A stretch of DNA of 64,000 bases from Eledone cirrhosa (lineage: Eukaryota): the NCBI GenBank assembly GCA_964016885.1, contig OZ024740.1, forward strand, positions 134,788,001 through 134,852,000. Direction: 5' to 3'. A program made the translations under genes and the position numbers. How positions within the stretch are numbered: position 1 is the first letter of the stretch; each line of letters starts with the position of its first letter. Below the pieces are notes generated by a model. The model worked only from the letters and a program-made list of their open reading frames with translations. It ran no database searches and had not been told where the DNA came from. This document shows, piece by piece, positions 1-12,921 of this stretch.

Positions 1-1640
1 AGAAGTTAAGGACTAAGAGCAAACATAAAATAGATTCCCCTAGTAGCAAAGAAGGCTCACTAGAAGTTGTTGACAGCTTGAGTTAATGAGGTGACCTAAT
101 CAGTAGTGGGAAAGAATGCTCTGAAAATATGTTAGCCAGGGTAAGAACAGGCTTGAAGATGTTTAGGGAGTAGACACCTTTGTTAGACTGTATCATACCT
201 GTGTGCAAACTGCAATGTTATATAGCAGTGGGACATGGGCCTTAACTACAGAAGACCTGCAAAAGCTTGAAAGAAATGAAGCAAATATGCTCTGATGGAG
301 ATGTAATATTAGTGTGGATGAACAACATTGAATATGTGAGTTGAGAGAAAAACTCTGCATAAGAGAAATAGGATGTGATGTACAAAAGAGAAGATTGTGT
401 TGGTATGAACTTGTGATGTGTATGGGAAGATGGCAGCTGTTTAACTTTTTAGCATTTAAACTGGCTGCATCCAGCCAGAACTCTCTCACCTGTTTCTGTT
501 CAAACTGGCTGTAACTGGCCAATCATACTGATGTTAAGGTATTGTTCTCAAATTAAATAATATCAAAATCTCATAGATTCAATATTATGTGAGATAAAGC
601 CGTTACCATGAAAATACAATAATAAATATAGAGTAATGTAAATGCTAAAGAGTTAAAGGAGTGCAGAGAAATTCATTGGTTGGAACTCGTGGAAGAGGCA
701 GACACTGGAAGACATGAAATGAGGGAGTGAAAACCAACCTGAAAAATCTGAACCTTACAATGGAGATGAAGAATGACAAAGAGAACCAACAACATGCTGT
801 ACTGGAAAAGTCCTACTTACCAGCATATATATGATCTGACTTGTCCATGTGCCCCATTCCCCTAGTCATCACTGTACACCAACCCCATCTATGCTCCCTA
901 GTAGCTACTTCTCATCATCACTGTACATACCCACCTTATTCATGCTTCATTTCTTAGAAGCTATTCTCTCATCACTACACACACTCCACTAAAATACTGA
1001 CACAGCAGTCATAACACCAGAGTATCTGCTAACATCACAGTACCCCCTACACACACATAGCCAAAGGTTATCCCTCATCCTACTCATCACCCTCTCAAAT
1101 CTCACCATACTCATCATACACCATGACAACATATTATCGTCCCTGCCACTGCCATAGGGTAGAAAGTGCTCTATTTTTGTGACAGAGACCAACTTCTCTA
1201 GTCCTGGTGCCACGAAAAATGTACCCTGTCCACTATGTAAGGTGGGTGGTGATAGGAAGGGCATGCTACTGTAAAAACCACACTAAAAGGATCAAGAGGA
1301 CACTTCAGTTGTGTTAATGACATGGCAACCACTCTAGTGTTTGTGTTCTACATGAAAAATGCACTTAGTCCACTCTGCAAAGAGCATCTAGCTGTAAAAA
1401 ACTCCAGGATGACTATTCAGTTGTGTCAAAGACATGACAACCTCTTTCGTGTATCAATAAAATGTACTTGGTAAACTGTGGGAATGTATGTAATTGAGAT
1501 GCGAAGCCCTGGCCCCTCTAAGCACTCTGTACAGTGCAGGAACATACGTAAGCAAGATGCAGGCCCTAGGTCCATATGAGGGATCAGTGATGACATGTTC
1601 AGTGCATGCTAGCAGGGAAAATGGACATTAGATGATGAAG
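1..1640 (+). mobile_element. Degenerate RTE-clade LINE 3' portion, interrupted by a piggyBac MITE, ending in a GATGAT tail at a (TA)n tract
   Basis: Similar to the minus-strand RTE copies (LYSSGTW and RGR.WKT-like remnants). Tail reads catgctagcagggaaaatggacattagatgatga. Confidence 0.7.
441..656. mobile_element. piggyBac-type MITE (family P1) inserted at TTAA inside the LINE
   Basis: Ends TTAA-CTTTTTAGCATT ... AATGCTAAAGAG-TTAA. The LINE reads through (DGSCLKECRE) when it is removed. Confidence 0.8.
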
Positions 1641-1691
1641 TGTATATATATATATATATATACTTCATATATATATATATATATATATATT

Positions 1692-2842
1692 TCATCACTG
1701 TTTAACATCCCTTTTTCTACACCAGCATGAGTTAGATGAGTTGCCCCGTTGTTAGACAAGCCAGACCAGATGACTATGTCTTACTCATACAGAACTAATT
1801 TTTTGGCTTGGTTTCTATGGTTGGATGCCTTCCTAACACCACCCACATTTACAGTGTGTACTGGGTGCTTTTTATAGGGGCATCAAAATGACCACTTTAC
1901 AGCATGGACTGGGGGAAGGGCATGGAAATTGGAGAGGTAGATCTAGGGTGGGAATTTATCTGGTGAAGGATGGTGTTTTAGGACGTGGGAGATGAAGGTA
2001 GGGGAAAGGGACGCATACTAGATGTACGCTTCAACACATGCACATGGAAAGGTAGGTCTTCTGTATTACTGCATAATGCCAGGGATCCCAATCTTGTGTC
2101 ATCGCCTTTGAGAGGTGCAATTGTGCAAGGTCAGCTTTTATTACCTCATCCATGTCTTCCTACTCCATAGCTTCCATCAACTTTGAGTGCCCTGCACCTT
2201 TTTATACAACTCTCATCCTTCGTATGCATCACATGTCCATACCAACACAATCTCCTCTCCTGCACACTGCATCTGATCCCTCTTATACCCAGTTTCTCTC
2301 AGTTCATTTATGTTTTGTCATTCATGTATATTATTATTACTCATCCATCGAAGCATGCAAGCTTCATTTCTTTCCAATCTTTGCAGGTCCTCTGCACACA
2401 GTGCTCAGGTCTCACTACCAAGCAACACTGCTGTTCATATACACACATCATACAATCTGCCCTTCACTTTGAGGGAAAAACATTTTGTAGCTAGCAGTGG
2501 TAGTAGCTTCCTGAATTTTTTCCATCCTGTTCCTATTCTGGTTACTCTACTTTTGGAACACCCACCACCACTGCTAATTTGGTCCCTTGCATCTATGGAC
2601 CCTTCCAAGAATTTGACAGCACTTGTTTCCTGTGGCTGTTTGCTGCTTACTGTTCCTGTGCAATGGCCACATATAAAACCTGTTCTTAGCTAACTTACCT
2701 GAGATCCCACTACATCTCATGTACCCATAGTTTGCATTTGAGACACAGGATGGTATTTTTACCTACTCCTTTCCTATTCATTGAGCAAGGCCATTTCCAT
2801 AAGGGATCTGAGCCCTGTTTTCCATTCTACTTACTAGGACCT
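1692..2842 (-). mobile_element. 5'-truncated RTE LINE (older copy)
   Basis: (CAT)n tail at 1692; colinear with the copy at 2843-3955. Confidence 0.8.
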
Positions 2843-4522
2843 ATCATCATCATCATCACTGTTTCACGTCCATTCTTCCACGCTAGCATGGGTTAGACGG
2901 GTTGTCCTGTTGTGGGCAGTGTCCGGTCGGCTGACCTTGTCTTGCTCATACGGGAACTGATTCTGGCTTGAGTGCTGGGTACTTTTTTTCCGTGGCGCCT
3001 ACACGTCCACTTTACAGTGTAGGCTGGGTGCTTTTTTGCCGTGGCACCTCCACGACCACTTTGCAGTGGGAGGGTGTGGGGTCATATGCTTAAAATGTCT
3101 ATATGCTTAAGCTTCAGCTTGTACCCGTGGGGGTCGGGTCTTCTGTATTAGTGTGACGCCGGAGGTCATGTGTCATCACCTTTGAGAGGTGTAATTGGGT
3201 AAGGTCGGCTTTTATCACCTCATCCCAGGTCTTCTTGGGTCTCCCCACTCTGCGGTTTCCATCGACTTCTAGTGCTCTGCACCTTTTTATGCAGCTGTCA
3301 TCCTTCATACGCATCACATGTCCATACCAATGCAACCGCCTCTCCTGCACACAGCATTTGATTCCTCTTATGCTCAGTCTCTCTCTCAATTCATTTATGC
3401 TTTGTCATTCGCGTATATTACTATTACACATCCATCGGAGCATGCAGGCTTCGTTTCTCTCTAATCTACGTAAGTCTTCCACCTTCAGCGCCCAGGTCTC
3501 ACTACCATGCAACATCACTGTTCGGATACAGGCATCATACAGTCTGCCTTTCATTTTGAGGGAGAAGCCTTTTGCAGCTAGCAGTGGTAGTAGTTCCCTA
3601 AACTTCTTCCATCCCGTTCTTACCCTAGTTATTGTACTTTCCGAACACCCACCTCCGCTGCTAATTCGGTCACCTAGGTAGCAGAAGCTGTCTACTGTTT
3701 CTACAGAGTCCTCCCAGAGATTGGTGGTACTGGTTTCCTATGGCTGTTTGCTGCTTGCTGTCCCAGCACAGCTGCTACATGTGAAGCCTACATTCTTAGT
3801 TAAGCTTCCTGAGATCCCGCTACATCTCTTGTGTACCCATTGTTTGCATTTGGGGCAGAGAATGGAGTTCCTACCTACACCTTTCCTACATACTGAGCAA
3901 GGCCATTTCCCTGAGGGGATCTGGGTTCTGTTTTCTCGTCTACTTACAAGGACCTCTCTTTGTCAGGTTGACTTTGAGACCCTTTCTTTCTAGTCCCTGC
4001 TTCCAAGTTTGGAATTTCTTCTCTAGTTCTACTATAGATTCAGCTATAAGTGCAAGGTCATCTGCATACAGGAGTTCCCATGGGCATCCGGTCTTAAACT
4101 CCTCCGTTATTGCCTGCAGGACTATGATGGAACAGGAGAGAGCTAAGAACAGAGCCCTGGTGGACACTGACCTGTATGCTAAATTCCTCGCTATACTCAT
4201 TGCTAATCCTAACTTTGCTGACTGCTCCCCTATACATGGCTTGTACAGCTTTCAGAAGCCATTCATCTACTCCTAGTTTTCTAAGAGACCACCAGATTAT
4301 AGCACGGGGAACTCTGTCAAAGGCTTTCTCGAGATCGACAAATGCCAGGTAGAGTGGCTTACTTTTAGCTAGGTACTTTTCCTGTAATTGCCTCAAAAGG
4401 AAGAGGGCATCAGTGGTGCCTCTTCCTGGCACAAACCCAAATTGCATCTCATCTAGTTTCACCCAGTCCCTAATCAACTGTGCTATAACTCTTTCTGTTA
4501 CTTTCATGACCTGGTCCATCAG
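2843..4522 (-). mobile_element. 5'-truncated RTE-clade (BovB-like) LINE with RT domain, relatively young
   Basis: ORFs 4094..4519 (QFGF.PGRGTTDA, AFVDLEKAFDRVPR), 3940..4200 (LLYADDL) and 3114..3389 (RLHWYGHVMR, RVGRPKKTW); (CAT)n tail at 2843. Confidence 0.93.
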
Positions 4523-5640
4523 CTTTTACCTTTATATATGCATATATACACCCAGGACACTCTATAAGGTAGTTAGTTGATGATAGGAAAGCTATTGAAA
4601 ACCTGCCAAAGTGTCAGCTGTGTCAAAGACATGACAATCTCCCTAGTGCTGGTGATGATAAAATCTACTCAGTAGAAAGCAGGAAAGTATGAAAAAAGAT
4701 GTAGGCTGCGGCCTATCAAAGGTCAGTAACTCACTTGAGTACTGACTTGATATATGAAGCCCTCTCCAACTCTTAAAGACGAATATTAAATGATGATGAT
4801 GCTGATAAAAATGATAATGATGTAGATCAGGCATGTCAAACATAAGAAATTTTTTTATTTTATATTACGAAGATAAAACATGCTCGCGCTGTAAAAATCT
4901 TTGTGCAAGCTGCATGTTTGACATGCATGATGTAGGTCACACATTCTCATTATCATTGTTTTTATGGAAATTTTCCCATGCTTGCATGGGTTGGACACAA
5001 ACCTTTTCTGGCAGGTTCTTTGTCCCAAATCCCTTCATCATCAATTTTACGTCCACTTTTCCATGCTTATTTTAAATATGGTACACGCCACTTGCAGACA
5101 TGAGCAACTGTTACTGTGGGTTTTATAACTGATACACATGCACATATATTATGATGATAAACATATACAACTGGTTTCATAGTTTCCATCTACCAAATTC
5201 ACTCATAAGACATAAGTCAGCATGAGGTTTTTACCCATGGTGTCACACAATAAGAACAGCAGACCACGTGGTTGCAAAGCAAATTTCTTAAACACACACC
5301 CAGCACTGTGAAAAAGACAACAATATATGATAGTTCTTCCTTAATTGGGCAGAGGAGAAGGTAACCCAACTATGATGGTTTATGGGGCTTTTTGCAGACA
5401 ACCCTTTTTGGTGCCTGTGGCAGACAATACACCCAGTCCATGTGGTTAGCAATAGGAAGAGCAGTCAGCTGTAAAAAAAAAAGTACAAACATACTATGTA
5501 CAACAATACAGAGCAGTTGCCGTGAGTGTACTTATAAGATAAATAGCAGCAACATCTTACTAATTCTGGACAGCATGGAAAACTAAACGTATGAGAGAAT
5601 CATAAAAATAACAGACAAAAAGTTTTAAAATTTCAAAACA

Positions 5641-5642
5641 TT

Positions 5643-5646
<4 letters not shown>
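5641..5646 (-). terminator. Probable polyadenylation signal AATAAA of NDUFS7
   Basis: tttatt on + equals AATAAA on -, about 95 nt after the stop codon. Confidence 0.6.
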
Positions 5647-5689
<43 letters not shown>

Positions 5690-5741
5690 TTCAACAAGTT
5701 CAATCTATGTAAAAAAAAAAAAGTTCCATTATTCTAATGCA

Positions 5742-5839
5742 CTATTTTCTATACCACATCTGTAATGTATTCCTTCGCTTTATCTTCTTTTGAAGTTGAA
5801 GTACACCATAGAGAAGTGCTTCGGCTGTAGGTGGACAAC
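5742..5839 (-). CDS. NDUFS7: NDUFS7 last coding exon ([32 protein letters not shown])
   Basis: Acceptor attttcag|GT TGT CCA CCT; TAG stop at 5744-5742. Contains the PGCPP motif with the fourth N2 Cys. Confidence 0.97.
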
Positions 5840-8800
5840 CTGAAAATATCAAAATAAAATGTCTAATTTAAAATACATATATTTCTATATTTACAAAATT
5901 TAATGTGACATTTTCTGTTAAAATATTAAATTATTATCGATCGATCTATTTTTGTATATATAAATATGTAATTTACAATTAGTATTACGAATGAGGTAAA
6001 TATTGCGTAAATTAACATACATTACATAAGTGATTATTCATCTTTTCATTAGTGTGTATATGCAATTGCTAGGTGTAGAATTTTTAAACAAGAATTAAAG
6101 TATTCAATATATGTAGTTGAATATATATTTCTTGAAAATTTAAAATTATACGGAAATATTTTTAATCTGACATTACTGCTGGATTAGAACCCCCCTCCAA
6201 AAACAGATTTAACGTAAAATAAATTATAAAACAAGTTCTAAATCATCTATAATTAATTTATCAACAATTTATATTTAAAAAGTTGAAATAACTTGCCTTA
6301 TGACAACACTATCAAAATATAAAACACCAGGAATAAACACATTATCTAGTGTACAAACACTGTTCAAATAACAGTTATATAACAAATTCAACTACAATAC
6401 GTCAGTTATGGAAAACCTTTCCAACTAATAATATAACAACGAATTCTAAACTGGAAAATAAAATCAACAATATACAACGGCAACTGAACATAAAAAATAT
6501 TTATTTATTTTAAAAGAATGAGTTATTGAATAACCACCGCATGAGAGTGTATGTCGAAAATGATGAGTCAGCATAAAATAAACTGCATCGTAGTTTATAT
6601 TTAACCGCACAAGCAACTATCGGATAATTTAAAAAATATACTCTATATATTTAGTCATACAGGTGTTAACATATGTCACATTAGTTTATTTGAATGGTAT
6701 ATTACGCTTCTGGTATCGAATTGGAAAAAACGTATAAAAAAATAACAAAACAGACTGCTATTAGACTAGATGTAGTATGTATGATGCCATTAACCGCATA
6801 CATTAACCTATTTAAAAACAATACAACTTATCTCCCTTGAATAGGCATTTTTTTTTCATATTCCCTTTTGGCAAATGGGTCAAAGATGGCGACTATAACC
6901 ATCGGTTATTAAAATAAGATGCTTTGTAACATATTTTACCCATTATATTATAAATATAAGGAGCTGATAACTCATTAAAAAATAAAATCGGTGTAACAAG
7001 AAAATATTTAAAATATAAACGTCCTATTGTTAAAACGCAAACCCGAAAGGAACCTACATTTATGTTCACCAATCAGTGTTCATTGTTCCTTACAGCAAAA
7101 AATTCCAACAAAATCAATATTATTCAATATATTTCTATTTGAAATTGACATATTTAATTTATTAGCTATATATATATATATCATCGACATATATTATGCC
7201 AAATTTTAAATTAAGTGATAAACTGATTGTCAACAATTTGGCTAAATAATACTTTTTGTTTAACTCACGAACATAGACGCTATACGTATATAACAATTGT
7301 AAACTAGTTTTTGTTTTTATACTGAGATATCTATAACTAAGAAAATCATTTGGATATGCATAATCAATTTTAAGTAAATTCTTCACCAAATAATTTTTTT
7401 GTGGTGGTAGTGGGGTCTATACTAATATTAATCTTTTTAAAGTGGAATATGAAATTCCCAAACGAAAAACTGGAATAGATTATTATTAATTCGCCAGATG
7501 TCAACCGAATCAATTCTAACCTTCCCATATAAAAATGTGATTTCATACTATCGTAAAAAGTAACAATCATAATTAATGTAATCATTTATTATATTATAAA
7601 GTTGGATTATTGCCTCAATCAGTTACAACCTTTTCTGAAGCAGGGAGTAAAATAAATATAGATCAAGTATTGTGATTGAGTTGAGGCTTGTATCAAAGTT
7701 AAAAATTATTATTAAAATTTTAACTGCTTTTATCAAGATAGTGTAGTAGTAGAAACAGCAGAGCATCCTACTAAATATCCAGCAGCAGTTTAGTTTCGTC
7801 TCTGCTCATTATTTGGTGTCTTCTCTCAACCTCTGTGTTAAAGAACCCGACACTGGGAGTAACAGATTTAAATAGATTTACAATTTCCCCAAAGCAATTA
7901 TCATTGTTGTAGTTCTTTATAAGCAAGTGTATTGTATAAATTGAATATTTTTGTTAATCATCATTAATGATAGTTTATGTTCAATGAGTTATTGTTAGGT
8001 CTATTATGGCTGTAGATATCAATTAATTTCTTAAAGTGAGCTAGCCCACAAACTGTAAACTTATAAATCTTTTCTATTGTAAATACTACTATGACTACTG
8101 TATAAAATTTCATCTCACAGAAATTAAAATGTATTTCATAAATGTCTATCTAAAATGAACTTCAGCAGTAGATTATCATAGAATAGCCAATAAAGATTGG
8201 ATTAGATTCTTTTAAATTTCAGTGTTTAAATAAGTTGAAAATGGTATATCCAAAATGAGATACTTTATTGATTTATTTTTAATTAATTATTTATCACAAG
8301 TCCCAATATGGAAATGATATTTATTTTATTCATCTTGAAGATATGAGAGAAAGGTAAAATCAATACCTGGATCAGGTAACTGAATTTTAAGCCACCTAAT
8401 AATTATCAGCTATTCATCTGAGTCAGGCTTTTTTTTTTTCGGCTACTAATTAGTGAAGGTGCAGCCTTATAGTTAGGGTGTTGAGTTCACAATCGTAATG
8501 TCATGAATTTGATTCCCAGATCGGGTGTATTTTACATTGCTCCAATCCATTCACCTGACAAAAGAGTACCAGCAGCAGTTGGTGGTTAGTCTTGTGAGAG
8601 ACTGGCATACTGTCCAGTCTTGTACTCTCAGTTGGCTTAATGGCAATGGAACAGGTGTAAGTGCTGGCCTTGATGAGGCTCTGAGCTTGGGACAAACTCT
8701 AACAGTAACTGTTGTTCAGTTGTTTGACCCAGCAAAACCAAGCACATCTACTGTTAAGAAGTAACTGAATAATTAACTAGAAATAATACATCAAGCATGT

Positions 8801-8896
8801 CATCCTTTTGTCAAATCTGGTAAAAGGTTGAAGTTTGGCTATTTTTGCCATTAGTGAACTGTCCAACAAGTAACCTGTTGTTGCTCTACTTGCTAT

Positions 8897-9190
8897 TATC
8901 ATCATCACTGTTTTACGTCAATGTCTCCATGCTAGCATGGGTCAAACGGGTTGTCTTGTTGTGGGCAATGCCAGGTCAGGTGACCATGTCTTACTCATAC
9001 ATACAGGACTGATTTTGGCTGTTTCTACAGCTGGATGCCCTTCCTAACACCAACCTCATTTACAGTGAGTACTGGGTGCTTTTTTATTGTGGAGCTAACA
9101 CGACCATTTTACAGTATGGGCCGAGTGCCTTTTGTTGTGACACCTACATGACCACTTTACAGCGGGAGGGGTGTGGGGCATATTGTCTAA
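8897..9190 (-). mobile_element. RTE LINE 3' UTR/tail fragment
   Basis: Same (CAT)n-actgttttacgtc...ccatgctagcatggg tail and 3' UTR repeats as 2843-3090. Confidence 0.8.
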
Positions 9191-11052
9191 CAGTAGCTAA
9201 ATTTTCCTGAAACCACACCTTACCAACTTAAAATAGAGAGTACATATTGGATTATATAGTTCAAGGTACACTATTTGTGAATATAATACAGGATGGTCAT
9301 GGTTTGAATGTTCTTGACCATAGGTTTTTTCAATGAAAGATAATTTGGGCTTAATCAACAACATAATGATAATTTTGTAGTGGAATTAGACCAAGTACAT
9401 TCAGTGACAGTATAGTAACCTCAGTTTTTTAACGACACTGTAGTAGTGTTCTAATGTATTGTTGAAATACCCAAATATTTGTAATTATTAATACATATGT
9501 AGTTGTGAGGAATGTGTTGCTATAAATTCCCTGTCAAACCTGCTTGTTACCATCATATTAGTTGTGTGTTTAGAAGTGTTTGTAAAGGATATTTATACAA
9601 GAGTCTAGAAGTTTCTGTCAACCAAATTCTACACACAAGGCATTGGCCAACCTGAGGTTATAATAGAAGACTAATAAATAAAACTAATGACAATTTAGTA
9701 AATGTAGAAATACAACATTGTAAAGTTATGGTAGTTTTTGCAATAAAGGAACATTAGCAATAGTTCAAGGCTTTTTATGTTTCAGATTTGTCCAACGTCA
9801 ACTTTTCCTTCCATCCCACTGGGGTCAATAAAATAAAGTATCAGTTAAGTACTCATGTTAAATTGACTTTTCCTTCTCAACAATTTCTGGCCTTGTGTGC
9901 ACATCAGAAACAATTTATATAATATATATGTAGATTCCCCCAAACCCTCACATCTCCTGTCCAACCCATGTATACAAACATGAAAGCTGGACACAGTACA
10001 TCTGATCTCCCACAATTCCATTGCCACAGCCAAAACAGCACTAAGTCCACCCAGTAAGCTGATCAGGTTCCACAACAACAAAAGCATTCACTCCATCCTA
10101 TAGGATGGTTGTGTTGGTAACACAAGAAAAAAAGCACTCAGTCCACCCTGTAAGGTGGTTGTGATGGTGACATGACAAAATAGCACCCAGACCACCGTGT
10201 TAGATGGCCGTTTTGATGCCACAGTAAAAAAGCACCCAATCCTCACTGTAATGTGATTGGTGTTATGAAGGACATCCAGTTGTAGAAACCAAGCCAAATT
10301 ACAGACCCATATGAGCAAGACATGTGCCACCTAACCTGACTTGTTTCATAACATGACAATCCATGATATGATATTATATGATGTGCAATGTTGCATGGTA
10401 GTGAGACATGGGCATTGAATGCAGAGGATGTGCAATGGTTAGAAAGAAATGAAGCTAACATATTTCGTTGGATATGTAATGTTAGTTTGCATGAATGACA
10501 AAGCACAAATGAATTGAAGACAAAATTGGGCCTAAGAGGAATATACAATGTGCAAAAGAGATGATGTGATAGATGTGAATGCTGATTCCCGGAGGAAGAA
10601 ACGCAAGAAATTCCAATCTAGATGTTGGTGAGTAAGTTAACCTCGGCGGGATTTGAACACAGACCATAAAGGGCCATAAGAAGAAGTGGTAAGAGTTCAC
10701 CAGAGGGCACTGATTCTCACAGTGGAGATGACAAAAGAACATAACAGTTGGAAAAAAACTGTGCTGGAGAGGGTGAGATGGAAAAGTGAACAATAACAGC
10801 ATGATGGTGAGGATGATGATATGTGGATTGAGTTTCCAGCATGATGATGATTTTTCGTTGTAACCACCTATTTTCAACTTCCTACATAGCTAATACAGTT
10901 GAACATTGCATAAACATTGCAACTTCTATTCCGTCTGTCTTTAGAAATTATAGATTTTGTGTTCATCTATAGAGAGTACTGTGAAAAGAATCATGGAGTA
11001 AACTTCCTCAGAGATGTACCTGAAATAAAATATGCACTTAGAATAATACTTA

Positions 11053-11223
<171 letters not shown>

Positions 11224-12030
11224 TCAAAAATAAAACATATGGTAGACTTATGTTGTTGTTCAGTTTAACACCACCATCTGACACATATGTGCCTTTAGCA
11301 GAATCCACTCTATTGCAAGCATTCAGGTCAAGTCTCCAGCTTGAAGATACCTTCCTAACTCTCTCCCTGTTCAAAGGTCCCCTGAAAATGGTTTTGGGTA
11401 CTGCTCATCCTTTCCTGACTAAACAGCCTTTAAAAAAAAAATACTTGACAATTTTTCAGGATGCTTTTTTTACACTAAAAGTGTTCAAAATTATTTTTCT
11501 TTTAACAGCAAAAGTTTCAAATAATTTATTTTCATTGTAAAATCTAAAGTTATAGATACAATTACTCATCAACAATATTTTGAAGTTAAATTCTGTCTTA
11601 TCTTGGTTTCATGAGGATTGAAGTGACAGAGAATAAAAGTCTCTCTTCTGAATGGGATACCAGCTGGTCACATGGTTAACCCCAAATTGTTGCTAATACA
11701 CATTTTCTCACCTGAATGTACAGAAGCAATAAAATTATAGCTATGGGCCCAACACCATAACCACTAGGTTGTGTGCCTTCACATTGAAGGCACACAGAAA
11801 TAACATTTGTAGTTGTTCAGCCTTAGTTAGTCTCATTGGACTGGTTTCTGATACGGAAATAGTCAGATATTTGGGATTGACTTAGAGGTCAGATGTACTA
11901 CATACTGCACTTGAATAATTGTTATATACAGTGTTTTCTTGAGAGGCTTGAATTGTGATAACTCAATAAGTTTTGATTAAACATTTTTTTTAATTTTCAA
12001 TAGTTTTTTTAATTACATAGTGTAAACTGT

Positions 12031-12287
12031 TTAATCCTTTCATAACCCTATTTCTAATGAAATATGTTGCCTGTAATTTTCAATTAATTTTAAATATAAT
12101 TAAGAATTTTGAGAGATTTAGTAACATAACTAACCATCTCATAATTGAGTTAGTGTTAGTAACATAACTTAGGGTTCTTGAAAAGAATTATGATGGAATG
12201 TTTTTTTTAGATAAATACAAACACTTTCAAATAAACAGCTTTGTATCATAGTAGCAGTTTCAGGTGGTTTTAAATCAAAAGTGTTAA
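12031..12287. mobile_element. Second TTAA-flanked piggyBac-like MITE family (related pieces near 16170-16234, 27440-27600, 43890-44095)
   Basis: TTAA-bounded ends; recurring terminus (gt)atcaaaagagttaa / ttaactcttttgatac. Confidence 0.55.
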
Positions 12288-12921
12288 TATTATCGACCCC
12301 TGTTTCTATGAGTAACTATGGTTCAGTAAAACCTTATAATTATTTAAATATATGTTTATCCATGTTGGCAGGGTTTCTCCATTCACCTTTCTTCATCTAA
12401 CATCAACTCATCTGTAAATTCCAATCTTTAATGGTCTAACTTAATGAGCTTATCCTAAGAGAAGGTATTATGCTTCTATTCAACAAAACTAAAATGTTTT
12501 GATTGCTCTTTTATTTCATTTGCGGCACTAATGCTACTGGATATTGGTTAACAATTCACCCTTCCACCAGATGACAGTATGGCTAATCACCTTTTGACTT
12601 CCATCATGTAAATCAAGCTACTTATTGTCACACTTGTGTATGTGTGTGGATCAAATAGTTTTACTAAGATATTTAGAACCTTGCAAAACAAGAAAATAAA
12701 ACGACAATGTATGATAAAAAAAAAACGGAGAAGACAAAAATCCTTACTTTTATGCCAGCTTAGTCTCAATATATCAAAGAACATACAAGCCTAACATTAT
12801 CCCCAACTCATTTAGGAGGGCAGTAACTCCGAATAAGAGCTGATTTGGAATGTAACAACCCATCCAACCCAAGAAAAGTAAACAAAATAATAATGATGAG
12901 GAAATATATCAATTATATTCA

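Noticed and set aside
3235-3993. Plus-strand ORFs of 90-148 aa, and similar ORFs over other LINEs
   Set aside because: They are antisense shadows of RTE coding sequence.
6560-6700. C/D box snoRNA (ATGATGA)
   Set aside because: It is antisense to the host intron, with no suitably placed CTGA D box or terminal stem.
6886-6912. Duplicated NDUFS7 exon 1 or start of a nested protein-coding gene
   Set aside because: Similarity is limited to the YY1/TISU-like 11-mer. The ORF stops after 8 codons, the GTTATT donor is weak, and no downstream + strand exons were found.
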